Source: a virus
Lineage: Duplodnaviria; Caudoviricetes
IMG/VR virus record: IMGVR_UViG_3300044988_001028
Location: 4,039-68,038 of that record
DNA: 64,000 nucleotides
Direction: 5' to 3' (one strand)
The notes beneath the pieces were generated by a model that saw nothing but the letters and a program-made list of their open reading frames with translations, was not told the DNA's origin and did not search any database. This document shows positions 18,684-28,619 of the stretch, piece by piece. Position numbers and translations under genes: made by a program. Every line of letters starts with the position of its first letter. Positions within the stretch are counted from its first letter, which is position 1.

Positions 18684-19375
18684 AATTCATATATGAATAA
18701 ATTTTTAAAATGCTCTAAAGTAGTATCATCTATACCAGTCTTATATAGTTGAATATCAAAATTCATCTTTTGCATCACACATTCTTTAGAAAGTTTTTCA
18801 AAGTATGGAGACAAAACTAAATAGTACGGAGATATTTTACCAAAATTAACATATCGGTATAACGATCCATCTTTTTCAAATTCTTTAAATTTTTCATAAG
18901 TTGGTTTATTTCCAAAATGTAAGTCAAAAAATTCTTTTGTTTTTTTAAGAGCCTCAATGATTTTGGGATTGTTAACTTTAGTTGTAGCGGTTTTTGACCT
19001 AATTTGAACAGTGGTATCATATTTCTTCTTCCATAATTTCCATCGTTTCCAAGCTTTATCTCCAACCAAACAATTAACTTCTATAAGTGGATGACCTTTA
19101 TCTAAACTTATATGTTTCAATATATCTAATTGCGCTCGAACATATAATGGATAATCGTCATCTCCTATAAATCCAGAAGTTTCACGAATTAGCTTATAGC
19201 AAACTTTAAACATTAAAGTTTTTCTTGGATCTCCTTTTCCAAATTTATTGTGATTATAACTTGGAAATATTTTTTTACTCATTTCCATCCATATTTGACA
19301 TACTTTCAAAGCTTTTACTTCTAATTCATCCATCTTGTATTTCTCAGCTAGTTTTTTTAAATCGATCATTATCAT
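18680..19375 (-). CDS. Hypothetical protein, possibly gp59-like helicase loader
   Basis: 231 aa, helical; C-terminal GKISPYYLVL loosely resembles the gp59 ISxET.V motif; replication-gene context. Confidence 0.4.
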   Translation of the reverse strand: MIMIDLKKLAEKYKMDELEVKALKVCQIWMEMSKKIFPSYNHNKFGKGDPRKTLMFKVCYKLIRETSGFIGDDDYPLYVRAQLDILKHISLDKGHPLIEVNCLVGDKAWKRWKLWKKKYDTTVQIRSKTATTKVNNPKIIEALKKTKEFFDLHFGNKPTYEKFKEFEKDGSLYRYVNFGKISPYYLVLSPYFEKLSKECVMQKMNFDIQLYKTGIDDTTLEHFKNLFIYEF

Positions 19376-19616
19376 ACCCTATAAATGAAATTTCTCAAGA
19401 TGGCATTTTATCTAGTTGAAAATTATCTTAGATTAAAGTATCATATCACAAATGAATGAAATTATTTTATTACTTTGGTTAGCATTGATTACGATAATCG
19501 TCATTTAAGTAATTGGAAAAATTCTTTCATTTTTATCAAAACAAGAATTAGATTAATCACATTCGTAGTTTTTTAAATGATTATTGAAAATGAAATTATT
19601 TTTTCAAAATAATCGA

Positions 19617-19645
19617 TTGCAATTTTATCTTACCTAAATTATAAT
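19617..19645 (+). promoter_or_regulatory. Sigma70-type promoter
   Basis: TTGCAA-17 nt-TATAAT. Confidence 0.7.
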
Positions 19646-19666
19646 AATCCTACTTGTCATAGAAAC

Positions 19667-19674
19667 TATAAATA
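19667..19674 (+). promoter_or_regulatory. T4-like late promoter
   Basis: Exact TATAAATA immediately before the structured segment. Confidence 0.55.
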
Positions 19675-19679
19675 ACTAA

Positions 19680-20095
19680 GACGGAAGCTTACTCTTCCCC
19701 TTTAGGTAATTGTTGAGGATACCCCAACGATAACTTACCGTGAAAAAAACTTGAGCAGCCCTGACGGGTAAGTCTTTGTAGTGAAAAACACGAATGGTGC
19801 AACGAGAACCATTGTTATGCTCGAAAAGCCAAGTCTTCCGCAGTTGTGTCAAAAATAGCCGACTCTCATTTTGCAGACAAGAAATGGGAACAACTGTGAG
19901 TTATATGGCTTCATTGGTATCAATTGTTCAAAACACAAGGAATCTTATGATGTTCATAAGAATTCATACTATGAGTTATCAGTTGAATCAAATGAATTAC
20001 GATATGTTTAAACACAGAAACAATTCAATTGATTATGTATGTAATTTCATTTAATTCATACATTAAACAGCAAGATAACTAAGTCGGCAACTCGG
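19680..20095 (+). ncRNA. Candidate structured non-coding RNA (unknown family)
   Basis: Many complementary pairs in an ORF-poor intergenic region downstream of two promoters (see findings). Confidence 0.5.
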
Positions 20096-20186
20096 TTTAC
20101 AATATAAAGATATAAAAATAGTAGAAAAATATTTTGTTACGACTTTTCTCTATTGATTTAAGTTCAAGCTATGGTAGATTTTATGT

Positions 20187-21581
20187 ATGAGTTCCATGCA
20201 TCCTAGTCAAATTGTTAAGCTGTTGTATGATCATGCAGCAACAGGGGCTGTTTACCTTTCAGCTACGGATGCTGTATTGGACTTTACGAGCAGAGAAAAG
20301 GCTAAAGAAGCCACGATATTTATTTGTTCTTCTTTTGGTTCGCATGAGATACCTTTGGATGGAGATTGGTCTGCAAGAATATTTTCCAAGGCTTTTTCTA
20401 ATTCTTTGTGTTGTGAAGGCAAAAAGATACTTGTTTGGAACTGGAAAGTCATAGCTTCGTTTTTGTTGGGAATGTATGGGATTACTATTGAATTTAAGGG
20501 AACACTCATTGATCTTAAGATTTTGGAAAGCTACACAGATACGAAGCTCGAAAAGCCAAAAACCATGATTGAATTCATGGGAAGATTGAAAAAGGTCATG
20601 TCTTCTGATAATTGGTCTAAAACACAAAAGATTTATAAGTCGGTTCATCTTCCCTTAGCTTTGGAAGTAGTTCCTTCGCTAGAAACGATTGGCATATTGA
20701 CAACCGAAAAGCTACATGCCTTTTATGACATAACTGGTCAAGAAAATGGAAGAATGCTTTGCTATAAGGCTCTCACAAGATCATTCGTTCCGCATGTCAT
20801 AAGTCCAGAACAGCGTGAATTATTGAAGCCTTTGGATTTTGATTCCGTATTTGTTTATATGGATTACAAAAGCATGGAAGTTAAAATGTTGGGTTGGTTG
20901 TCTGGTGATGAGGAAATAAATGGTTTGTGTGATAGCGAAGACATCTACAGAGTTGCTTATGAGAAAATTTTGAAAACTCCTTGTGATTCCGAAGACAAAA
21001 GATCATTATGTAAAAAAATATTTTTACCTGTCTTTTATGGTATGAGTGCTTATGGAATATCAGAGAAGTTTGGATTACCAATAAAAGTCGCAGAAGCAAT
21101 TGTTGACCGAATTAAAAATATATTTTTTAAAGCCTACAAGTGGATTGAAGATCACCAGAACAAAGCCGAAATCGATAAAAAAGTTGTGGATTATTGTGGC
21201 AAAATAAGGCATTTTCAAGATAAGTCTTATAGGGCTAGAAATTTTGCAGTTCAGTCTCCTTCTGCCATTTATTGTTTGTATCAATTGATTGGTCTTTACA
21301 AATCCTTGAATGGTATTGGGAGAATAGCTTATAATGTACATGACGGGTATATGATTTATGCAAACAGGGAAAAATTAAAAGAAGTTATTTTGGCTTCCCA
21401 TAAATCGTTGGTTTCAGAATGTAATTTATTTCCAAATTTGAGCATGAGCATTTCTTGCTCTGTTGGAAGAAAAATTACTGAGATGAAAACAATTAAACTG
21501 CCAAATAGGACTAAGAATGAAAAATCAAAAGAATCCGAAAAACATTTGCCAATCGTTTCCGATAACTCAATTGGAATATGA
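20187..21581 (+). CDS. Short family A DNA polymerase with degenerate 3'-5' exonuclease-like region
   Basis: Motif A YMDYKSMEVKMLGWLSGD, motif B RSLCKKIFLPVFYG, NFAVQS, motif C NVHDG. Confidence 0.8.
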   Translation: MSSMHPSQIVKLLYDHAATGAVYLSATDAVLDFTSREKAKEATIFICSSFGSHEIPLDGDWSARIFSKAFSNSLCCEGKKILVWNWKVIASFLLGMYGITIEFKGTLIDLKILESYTDTKLEKPKTMIEFMGRLKKVMSSDNWSKTQKIYKSVHLPLALEVVPSLETIGILTTEKLHAFYDITGQENGRMLCYKALTRSFVPHVISPEQRELLKPLDFDSVFVYMDYKSMEVKMLGWLSGDEEINGLCDSEDIYRVAYEKILKTPCDSEDKRSLCKKIFLPVFYGMSAYGISEKFGLPIKVAEAIVDRIKNIFFKAYKWIEDHQNKAEIDKKVVDYCGKIRHFQDKSYRARNFAVQSPSAIYCLYQLIGLYKSLNGIGRIAYNVHDGYMIYANREKLKEVILASHKSLVSECNLFPNLSMSISCSVGRKITEMKTIKLPNRTKNEKSKESEKHLPIVSDNSIGI

Positions 21582-22092
21582 TCATCTTACTAAGTGCTTT
21601 GGAAAGCTTTGTTATTACGCAGCACATCAATTGCAAAAGAAAAATTCAAAAAATAATTACACTGATGATTTTGAAGATATAAATCAAGAATTGCAATTGT
21701 CAATCATTCGTGCTGGATCTTATTATAAAAGACAGATATATATTGAGAAGTGTTTGGCTTCTGTAGATCAGCACAATATTGATGGCTTCATGAAGAAGAT
21801 AATAGTGAAGCTTCAAGATTTGTGGAGCAATAGAACTAGGCATGGTGCGAACAGACAGAAGTTTGGATACAAGCAGGAACGCATGCTTGATTTGATTGTG
21901 AAGTCTGTAGTTCCAAAGAAATTTAGACCAGATAGAAATGAACGATTGAAAATAGACACAAAATTTTCCACATACTGCAAAGCAATTGTTTGGAATGGGC
22001 AAAAAAGTATGGGCAAAAAAATAACAAGAGAGAAATCAATAAGATCGGGTCAGGTTTCTCTTTCTGAATATGATTATTTAAATGGCGAATAG
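21517..22092 (+). CDS. Sigma70 region-2-only sigma factor (gp55-like late sigma candidate)
   Basis: NYTDDFEDINQELQLSIIRA (region 2.2-like) and KFSTYCKAIVWN (region 2.3-like); no region 4. Confidence 0.55.
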   Translation: MKNQKNPKNICQSFPITQLEYDHLTKCFGKLCYYAAHQLQKKNSKNNYTDDFEDINQELQLSIIRAGSYYKRQIYIEKCLASVDQHNIDGFMKKIIVKLQDLWSNRTRHGANRQKFGYKQERMLDLIVKSVVPKKFRPDRNERLKIDTKFSTYCKAIVWNGQKSMGKKITREKSIRSGQVSLSEYDYLNGE

Positions 22093-22107
22093 CTATTATA
22101 AATCAAC

Positions 22108-22181
22108 GGAGTGGGGTATTAGGTTGCCGGGATAATATATATAATAATTTCAAAAGCCCAGTTTTGTAACCCCCCACTCCA
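22108..22181 (+). ncRNA. Small GC-rich stem-loop RNA or regulatory element
   Basis: GGAGTGGGG (22108-16) pairs with CCCCACTCC (22172-80); GGTTGC pairs with GTAACC; AT-rich loop. Confidence 0.4.
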
Positions 22182-22193
22182 TAATATAAAAAC

Positions 22194-23042
22194 ATGCGAA
22201 TAGTTTATATTGTAAATGAATTCTGGTTTTATCTTTCTATGGCAAGGTGCAGCCTAATAACCTTGCGTAAGCATAATCCTTCTATTCCAGTCGATGTTTT
22301 TTACATCAAAGATAATAACGAAAATAATCGTAATATTGGCGGACTGCTTCAATGTGCCGCTAAAATCCCACAGATCACCACAAATGAATTTATGGAGTTG
22401 TGTAATCGTTTGAATGTAAATGTTAAAGTAATAGACGACATTCAGATGGGTCAGGAGAAAGGTTATTGTTCCGCACAACGAAAGTTTTTAGTTAATGCAT
22501 CTGAAGAAAAAACATTGTTGTTGGATGCCGACACTTTTATCTTTGGTGATATATCACATCTTTTCAATTTGCTTGATGAGTATGATTTTGTTGCTGATAA
22601 GAATTGTTTTGGTGAAAGATATTCTATGACCTATAAATCTACGACTATGCGACCATTCAATAGTGGTGTGGTTTTGTGGAATAAAGGTTTGTTGAAAGAA
22701 TATGCAACAAAGGTTTTTGATTTATGCCTTGCACTCAAAGATAGAACGCATGAATTGGGTGATTGGTTGCACCAAGTTACTTCTGATAAGAATGAACCGC
22801 CACAAGGAAGGGAAGAACTTGCTTGTTCGATTTTTGTGCTTGATAAAAATTTAAAATACAAATATTTTACAAAGCAAGATGTGCAGACAAACAATTATTA
22901 TGGAGATTGTCTGATTTATCACACTTTGACGCAAAATTGGATGGATGGCTATTTTAGATTCAAGGATTTGATTGAAGGAACATCTTCTCCGCAAAAGAAG
23001 ATGAAACTATCGCTTTTAAAACCAAAAAGCACCTTTACTTAA
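22194..23042 (+). CDS. GT-A fold glycosyltransferase (GT8-like)
   Basis: SLITLRKHNP, LLLDADTFI DxD, PFNSGVVLW. Confidence 0.75.
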   Translation: MRIVYIVNEFWFYLSMARCSLITLRKHNPSIPVDVFYIKDNNENNRNIGGLLQCAAKIPQITTNEFMELCNRLNVNVKVIDDIQMGQEKGYCSAQRKFLVNASEEKTLLLDADTFIFGDISHLFNLLDEYDFVADKNCFGERYSMTYKSTTMRPFNSGVVLWNKGLLKEYATKVFDLCLALKDRTHELGDWLHQVTSDKNEPPQGREELACSIFVLDKNLKYKYFTKQDVQTNNYYGDCLIYHTLTQNWMDGYFRFKDLIEGTSSPQKKMKLSLLKPKSTFT

Positions 23043-23084
23043 ATTGTAAAATTTGGTAATCTCTGGAATCAAATAAAAACGGAG

Positions 23085-24611
23085 ATGTACATGCGAGAGT
23101 TGACACCAGAAGAACAATCCAAATTCGATTCTTTTTCCGATCCAGATAATATAAAAACAAATTTTGCATGGGATGATACATTTCAAAGAAGAATTCTTGG
23201 AATGTTGTTGATGGATCAGACTATGCTCATTCAAAGCATAGACAAATTAAAGCCCCATTATTTCAGCAATGAAGTTCATGTCACTATTACAAAAATATTA
23301 TTCAATTATTTTCAAGAAAAAAGAATTTCTCCTCACATGGCTGTTTTGAAGCAAGAGCTTTTAAATCACCTCAAAGAAAAAGATAATTCAGTTCAATTGT
23401 ATTATATTTCTGAACTTGAAGCCTTATATGACTACTATGTTCCCGGTATTGACACTCGTGAATATCTTTTGGAAAGAGTTACATATTTTGCAAGGGTACA
23501 AGCAATTAAAGTAGCATTTCATGAATGTTTGCAAAAGATGTCGGAAGCACCAGAAGACGAAAAAACATGGTCTTATGTTTATGAAAAAATGCGTGAGTCT
23601 ATGAGTGTGGATACGGACTACGAACCGGGATTAGAGTATTTTTTGAATATCGAAGAGATGTTCAGAAGAATGGAAGATCAATTTCAAGGCAAGGAAAGAT
23701 TCACTAGTGGTTTTCCTTCCATCGATGATGCCTTGACGAATGGTGGCTTATTTCCCGGACAGATTGCAGCTTGGATTGGTTTGCCGGGAACTGGAAAAAG
23801 TTTGGCACTAGTAAAGGCTGCTGTTGCAAATGTTCTTCTTGGTCACAAAGTTTTGTACATAACATTAGAAATGGATGAAGTTGGTATTGCTCAGAGATTT
23901 ACAAGTCAATTTGCAAAGATAGATATTAATCTTTTAAGAGAATCAAAAGAACAGATAAAAAAGACTATTGCCGAATTTGGAAAAGACAAAGATGATCAAA
24001 ATCTTTTTATATTAAAGCAATTTCCGGGTGGTTCTATAGATGTGAATGGAATTCGTGGATATTGTTCACGATTAGAGGCAATGGGATGGAAACCAGCATT
24101 GATTATTATAGATTATGTTGGTGAAATGAAAGATGATCCAACTGTGAAAAAGTATGAATCTGCTTATAGAATATTGAGAGATTTGCGTGGCTTTGGTGTC
24201 GAGAAACAACATTGCACATTAACTTGTGTGCAACCAAATCAAACCGCTGCAAAGTTAGAAATATCGCAATATATTGATGAATCAAATATCGGAACATCAT
24301 TTGATCAGTTTAAACCTTTGGATGGATTCTGGTCGATCAATCAACAAACTATTGAAAAAGATGCAGAGGTTGGTCGTGGATTTGTTATAAAACATAGAAA
24401 TGGAAAATCAAGATTCCCATTCAAGATGGCTTTTGATTTTTCGATGGGAACTTTGGACATTTACGAGATTAGTGTGGATACTTACAAGGAAAGGCTAACT
24501 AGGGTTCAAATGCAACGAAGCGAAGATATTGCTTTTGATACTTACTCTGTTGATAAGAAGAAGAAGAAAGTTACATCACCCAAAAACAGCGTCATAGATG
24601 CAGAGGAATAA
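23085..24611 (+). CDS. Replicative DnaB/gp41-like helicase
   Basis: SGFPSIDDAL..GG, GLPGTGKS, YITLEM, IIIDY, Q.N, KHRNG. Confidence 0.9.
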   Translation: MYMRELTPEEQSKFDSFSDPDNIKTNFAWDDTFQRRILGMLLMDQTMLIQSIDKLKPHYFSNEVHVTITKILFNYFQEKRISPHMAVLKQELLNHLKEKDNSVQLYYISELEALYDYYVPGIDTREYLLERVTYFARVQAIKVAFHECLQKMSEAPEDEKTWSYVYEKMRESMSVDTDYEPGLEYFLNIEEMFRRMEDQFQGKERFTSGFPSIDDALTNGGLFPGQIAAWIGLPGTGKSLALVKAAVANVLLGHKVLYITLEMDEVGIAQRFTSQFAKIDINLLRESKEQIKKTIAEFGKDKDDQNLFILKQFPGGSIDVNGIRGYCSRLEAMGWKPALIIIDYVGEMKDDPTVKKYESAYRILRDLRGFGVEKQHCTLTCVQPNQTAAKLEISQYIDESNIGTSFDQFKPLDGFWSINQQTIEKDAEVGRGFVIKHRNGKSRFPFKMAFDFSMGTLDIYEISVDTYKERLTRVQMQRSEDIAFDTYSVDKKKKKVTSPKNSVIDAEE

Positions 24612-24613
24612 AC

Positions 24614-25105
24614 ATGTCAGAAATACCGAGCGAAAAGATTAAGGTAATTGTAAATAATAAAGAAATAATTCTTGATCCAGATAATATGAAATTCAATGAA
24701 TTTACATTGAGCGAATATATGGATAAGGAATATGCTTGGATTGATTATTACGGAAAACAACTTGAAATGGCAAATAAAGAACTATCACTAGCCGAACTTG
24801 CCTATGAGACTAAATATAACGAAATATACATTTCAAATAAAGACCAAGGAGGCTCTGACACTTATTGCAAGGCTAAATCTCAATGCAATCAGGAATGTGT
24901 TGAGTTATTCGGAAAAGTTATAGAAAGAAAATCTGCGGTTGGATTTTTAAAAATGTATTTAAAAGCTTGGGATAAAAATCATGATAATGCACAAAATCGT
25001 GGACATACTTTGCGTAAGGAGTTGGACAAATTAAATAAGGACATATACGAAGGCAGAGATGGAAATGATGGATTGTGCAATGCCGAAGACATTTTAAAAC
25101 GGTGA
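24614..25105 (+). CDS. UvsY-like recombination mediator
   Basis: Helical 163 aa with a UvsY-like pattern (YYG...K...K...AWDK); T4-like context. Confidence 0.5.
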   Translation: MSEIPSEKIKVIVNNKEIILDPDNMKFNEFTLSEYMDKEYAWIDYYGKQLEMANKELSLAELAYETKYNEIYISNKDQGGSDTYCKAKSQCNQECVELFGKVIERKSAVGFLKMYLKAWDKNHDNAQNRGHTLRKELDKLNKDIYEGRDGNDGLCNAEDILKR

Positions 25106-25111
25106 ATGTAG

Positions 25112-25654
25112 ATGAAATATAATATTCGTTGGATGATAAAAGATGATATTGATTTGGTTGTAGAAATTGAAAAAGATTCTTTTTCTCAACCTTGGTGTCA
25201 TAAAGATTTCTTGGATTGTTTGAAAAATAGGGGCAACATTGGAAAGGTAATTATAGTTGATAATAATATAGTTGGCTTTATTTTGTACGAATTGATGCCT
25301 AAAGGATTTTATATTATCAACATAGCAATAAATCCAAATTATCGTAGGCGTGGTTATGCCAGAGCGATGGTGGATCAATTGATTGACAAGCTAGGCTCAG
25401 AATCTTGCAATCCAGAAGAAAAAGATAAACGAAATTATATAAATTCTTATATTTCCGAAGAAAGATTTCATGCCCATCTTTTTTTCAAGAGCATGGGATT
25501 TAAAGCTGTATCTATAGAAAAAGATTTTTTTAGAGATGACGAGGGAATCTTTGATGCGTATCATTTTTTGTATAAAACTAATTATTGCCAGCCACAAGAC
25601 GAATTTGCAAGTAATTTAATGGCTTATGATGCTGAAGATTGCGAAGGAATTTAA
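25112..25654 (+). CDS. rimI: RimI-like GNAT N-acetyltransferase
   Basis: IRWM...IEKDSFSQPW, NIAINPNYRRRGYA acetyl-CoA motif, FFKSMGF, DAY. Confidence 0.8.
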   Translation: MKYNIRWMIKDDIDLVVEIEKDSFSQPWCHKDFLDCLKNRGNIGKVIIVDNNIVGFILYELMPKGFYIINIAINPNYRRRGYARAMVDQLIDKLGSESCNPEEKDKRNYINSYISEERFHAHLFFKSMGFKAVSIEKDFFRDDEGIFDAYHFLYKTNYCQPQDEFASNLMAYDAEDCEGI

Positions 25655-26091
25655 TGATTTGGGATATTAGATTTTTAGATTTAGCTAAACACATTTCTCT
25701 TTGGAGCAAAGATCCATCAACCAAAGTTGGTGCTGTTATTTTTGATTCCGACAAAAGAATAGTTTCTATAGGTTACAATGGATTTCCAAAAGGTGTTTGT
25801 GATGATCCTCAAAGATATGATGATCGAGATATAAAGTATAAAATGGTAGTCCACGCAGAGGCTAATGCTATTTTATTTGCTCAAAGGAATTTGGATGGAT
25901 GTTCTATAGTTACATATCCATTTATGCCATGTTCTGGTTGTGCCTCTCTAATCATTCAAAGTGGAATTAAAAGATGCATAGCACCAAACTTATCAGAAGA
26001 ATTGGCGAAAAGATGGAAAGATTCCTGTGACATTTCCAGAACAATGTTCAAAGAAGCTGGTGTTGAGTTGTGTCTATATGATCATGAATAA
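25654..26091 (+). CDS. dCMP deaminase
   Basis: SKDPSTKVGA, GYNGFP, HAEANA, PCSGC. Confidence 0.92.
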   Translation: MIWDIRFLDLAKHISLWSKDPSTKVGAVIFDSDKRIVSIGYNGFPKGVCDDPQRYDDRDIKYKMVVHAEANAILFAQRNLDGCSIVTYPFMPCSGCASLIIQSGIKRCIAPNLSEELAKRWKDSCDISRTMFKEAGVELCLYDHE

Positions 26092-26093
26092 TT

Positions 26094-27206
26094 TCATTCA
26101 AAAGATTTAGCTTTTTGAAGAGCAGAAGCCATACTTTGATCCATGTCCAAATATTTATATTCTCCCAATCTTCCACCAAATGTTACATTGCTTGGTTTTA
26201 TTGATGAATATTTTTGATAAATTTCAGAATTTATTTTATTTCTAATTGGGTATAATGGGTCTGGATTTTCTTCATATGTTGCTGGAATGTCGTAGGTTAT
26301 TACGCTAGTGAAATCTTCTTTTTTACCAGCATAATGTTTGATAGACTCTCCGTGTTTGTAGAAGTGACGATGTTCTATGCTTCGAAGATATCGAACCGAT
26401 TCATCAACATGATTTATAACTGCATTTCCTTGTTGATCTCCAATAAATTCTTTTTTCTCAAATTTCATGGTGTTGTATTCAAGTTTCCCAAATTCAAAAT
26501 CAAAAAATTCATCTATTCGACCTGTATAGACAATCTGTTTTGCGAGACGCATTAGTTTTTCTTTTTGCTTTATAAAATCTACACCAACCTCAACATCAAT
26601 ACCATCAAGCATATTATAAATTAGATTTGTATATCCATTTTTTGGAATACCTTGAAATTTCGTAGTAAAATAATTTTCGTCATATGTAAGTCGAATAGGA
26701 AGTCTTTGAATTATTGATGTTGGAAGTTCTTTTGGTTCTCGCATATATTGTTTTTTTGTATATCCATAGAAGAATTTTTTATATATTTCTTCTCCAACCA
26801 TGGATAATGCCCATTCTTCAAAATTACTTGGATTTTCGCATGGAATTTTTTTTTCTTCTAATATTTTTTTTGCTTCAGCTGGAGTTTTTATTCCCCAAAG
26901 TTGTTGAAGTGTCATCAAATTGATTGGAAATGAATATATTTTTTCATTCGATAGAACTTTCGGTCTATTTATAAATGGAATAAATTCAGAAAAGTTATTG
27001 GCAAATTCCCATACCTCTTCGCTATGTGTGTGAAATACATGTGCGCCATAAGATGAAACATAGTAATCATCTTGAGGCATATCGTGTGCTGCCCCTGCAA
27101 TGTGTGGCTTTTTATCTAGAACTAAACATTTTTTTCCAAGGTCGGTAACCTTCCTTGCAAATGTCGATCCAAAAAATCCAGACCCAACAATAATAAAGTC
27201 GTACAT
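26094..27206 (-). CDS. glf: UDP-galactopyranose mutase
   Basis: MYDFIIVGSGFFG, YGAHVFHT, GRLGEYKYLDMD. Confidence 0.92.
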   Translation of the reverse strand: MYDFIIVGSGFFGSTFARKVTDLGKKCLVLDKKPHIAGAAHDMPQDDYYVSSYGAHVFHTHSEEVWEFANNFSEFIPFINRPKVLSNEKIYSFPINLMTLQQLWGIKTPAEAKKILEEKKIPCENPSNFEEWALSMVGEEIYKKFFYGYTKKQYMREPKELPTSIIQRLPIRLTYDENYFTTKFQGIPKNGYTNLIYNMLDGIDVEVGVDFIKQKEKLMRLAKQIVYTGRIDEFFDFEFGKLEYNTMKFEKKEFIGDQQGNAVINHVDESVRYLRSIEHRHFYKHGESIKHYAGKKEDFTSVITYDIPATYEENPDPLYPIRNKINSEIYQKYSSIKPSNVTFGGRLGEYKYLDMDQSMASALQKAKSFE

Positions 27207-27237
27207 AATATATCCGTGGTTAAAGCTATAATATTCT

Positions 27238-27864
27238 ATGCTTAATTTTGATATCATTCAAAAAGAAATTAAAGAGTTATTGAGAAAGAAACTTGTAAAC
27301 GGCAAGATACTCCTTCAAGATTGCAAATTAATTGATGAAAATTCTAGAAGAAGTCCTTCATATAGCGACCCGCTTTATGTTCCTTTTTATTATCATCTTG
27401 GCAAATTTATAAAGCCAAAGAGTGTATTATCTTTGAGTTTTAATTTGGGATTATTAGAGAAATGCTTTTTTATGTCTTGTTTAGAAACAGAGTATTTTCT
27501 TGCTTTTCATCAAACCGATGAAAATGTTTACTTTTCTAATCGTATGGGCTTTTATAATATTAGGCAGTCTTACAAAAAAGATTTCGATTTTTTCACAGGC
27601 AATATGAAAAATGATGATTTCCACGATAGAATCGGGAAGAGAAAATGGGATGCAATTTTTATAAATGAAGAAAAAAATTATGATTATATTCTCTATATGC
27701 TTGAAGTTTCATGGGAATATTTGTCCGATGATGGCTGTATTATTATTGACAATGCTTTGGATCTAAAACCTGTGAAACAAGCGTATTTGGCTTTTGCTGA
27801 TAGTGTTGGTGTAAAGCCAAATTTTTTTGAAACAAGATATGGAACTGGTATTTTGTTTAAGTAG
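27238..27864 (+). CDS. Class I SAM-methyltransferase-like protein (degenerate motif I)
   Basis: KPKSVL...G, WDAIFI, LSDDGCIIIDN, YGTGI. Confidence 0.5.
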   Translation: MLNFDIIQKEIKELLRKKLVNGKILLQDCKLIDENSRRSPSYSDPLYVPFYYHLGKFIKPKSVLSLSFNLGLLEKCFFMSCLETEYFLAFHQTDENVYFSNRMGFYNIRQSYKKDFDFFTGNMKNDDFHDRIGKRKWDAIFINEEKNYDYILYMLEVSWEYLSDDGCIIIDNALDLKPVKQAYLAFADSVGVKPNFFETRYGTGILFK

Positions 27865-27892
27865 TTACTTATTTAGTTCACTGGGGGTGCGT

Positions 27893-28618
27893 GTGGGCTA
27901 CGAAATTATTTATTCTTATCATGAAAAACAGGATGGGAATTACAACAAAGAAGAAACAAAAACCTTAAAGAAAAAGGTCGGAGATCCATTTGAAGATGTT
28001 TCTCTAGAAACATTAGCAAGTAGTGTCATGGGTCAATTGGCAAGAAGAGATATTTTTGTTATTGGTGTTGAAATATTTGAACTCGCTAAAAAGAAAATTA
28101 CTTTTAGAGAAGCTGATAATGGTGTGGTCATAAAGAACAAAAAATTCTTATTTGATCAGACTTCTGGAAATTTTATAACACAAGAAGTAGAGCCAGAAAA
28201 AAGCACCGCAGTAGTTCCATTGCAGGGGCAGAATACTCTTTATCCCCACGAACAATTGGCAAATTCAAAAAAAGAATTAACTGCAAGTGGGCAGTCAGGA
28301 AAAAGAATTGTAGACAATGTGGTGTTTTTCCCAGAACCACAAATGATTACCGAAGTAAGGAACAAGGGATATAGACTTACGGTGGATAAAAAGTATGCAG
28401 TTTATGGAAAGACTGGTTCTATACATGGTGAGATACTTACAATTATTGATGACACTAATCGGGAAATAAAAATAAGCGATAAGTTTTTTGTTCCCGGCAA
28501 TGTGAATCTTTTGGCGGATAATGAGTTGAATTTTTCTGAAACCCAAAAACAAAGGGAACATGGCAACCTTTATTGGGGCGGAGCAGTTGCTGATAATGTG
28601 CCTAACCTAAGAAAGTAG
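27893..28618 (+). CDS. Hypothetical protein
   Basis: Long ORF; probable GTG start after GGGGG. Confidence 0.6.
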   Translation: MGYEIIYSYHEKQDGNYNKEETKTLKKKVGDPFEDVSLETLASSVMGQLARRDIFVIGVEIFELAKKKITFREADNGVVIKNKKFLFDQTSGNFITQEVEPEKSTAVVPLQGQNTLYPHEQLANSKKELTASGQSGKRIVDNVVFFPEPQMITEVRNKGYRLTVDKKYAVYGKTGSIHGEILTIIDDTNREIKISDKFFVPGNVNLLADNELNFSETQKQREHGNLYWGGAVADNVPNLRK

Positions 28619-28619
28619 G

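Noticed and set aside
19794-20054. 86-aa ORF inside the intergenic region
   Set aside because: No SD, no recognisable motif, and it overlaps the stem-rich segment; not fully excluded.
19680-20100. RNase P, tmRNA or group I intron identity for the structured region
   Set aside because: AACTCGGTTTA loosely resembles RNase P CR-V, but there is no GAGGAAAGUCC; no tmRNA termini; no recognisable group I core or interrupted exon.
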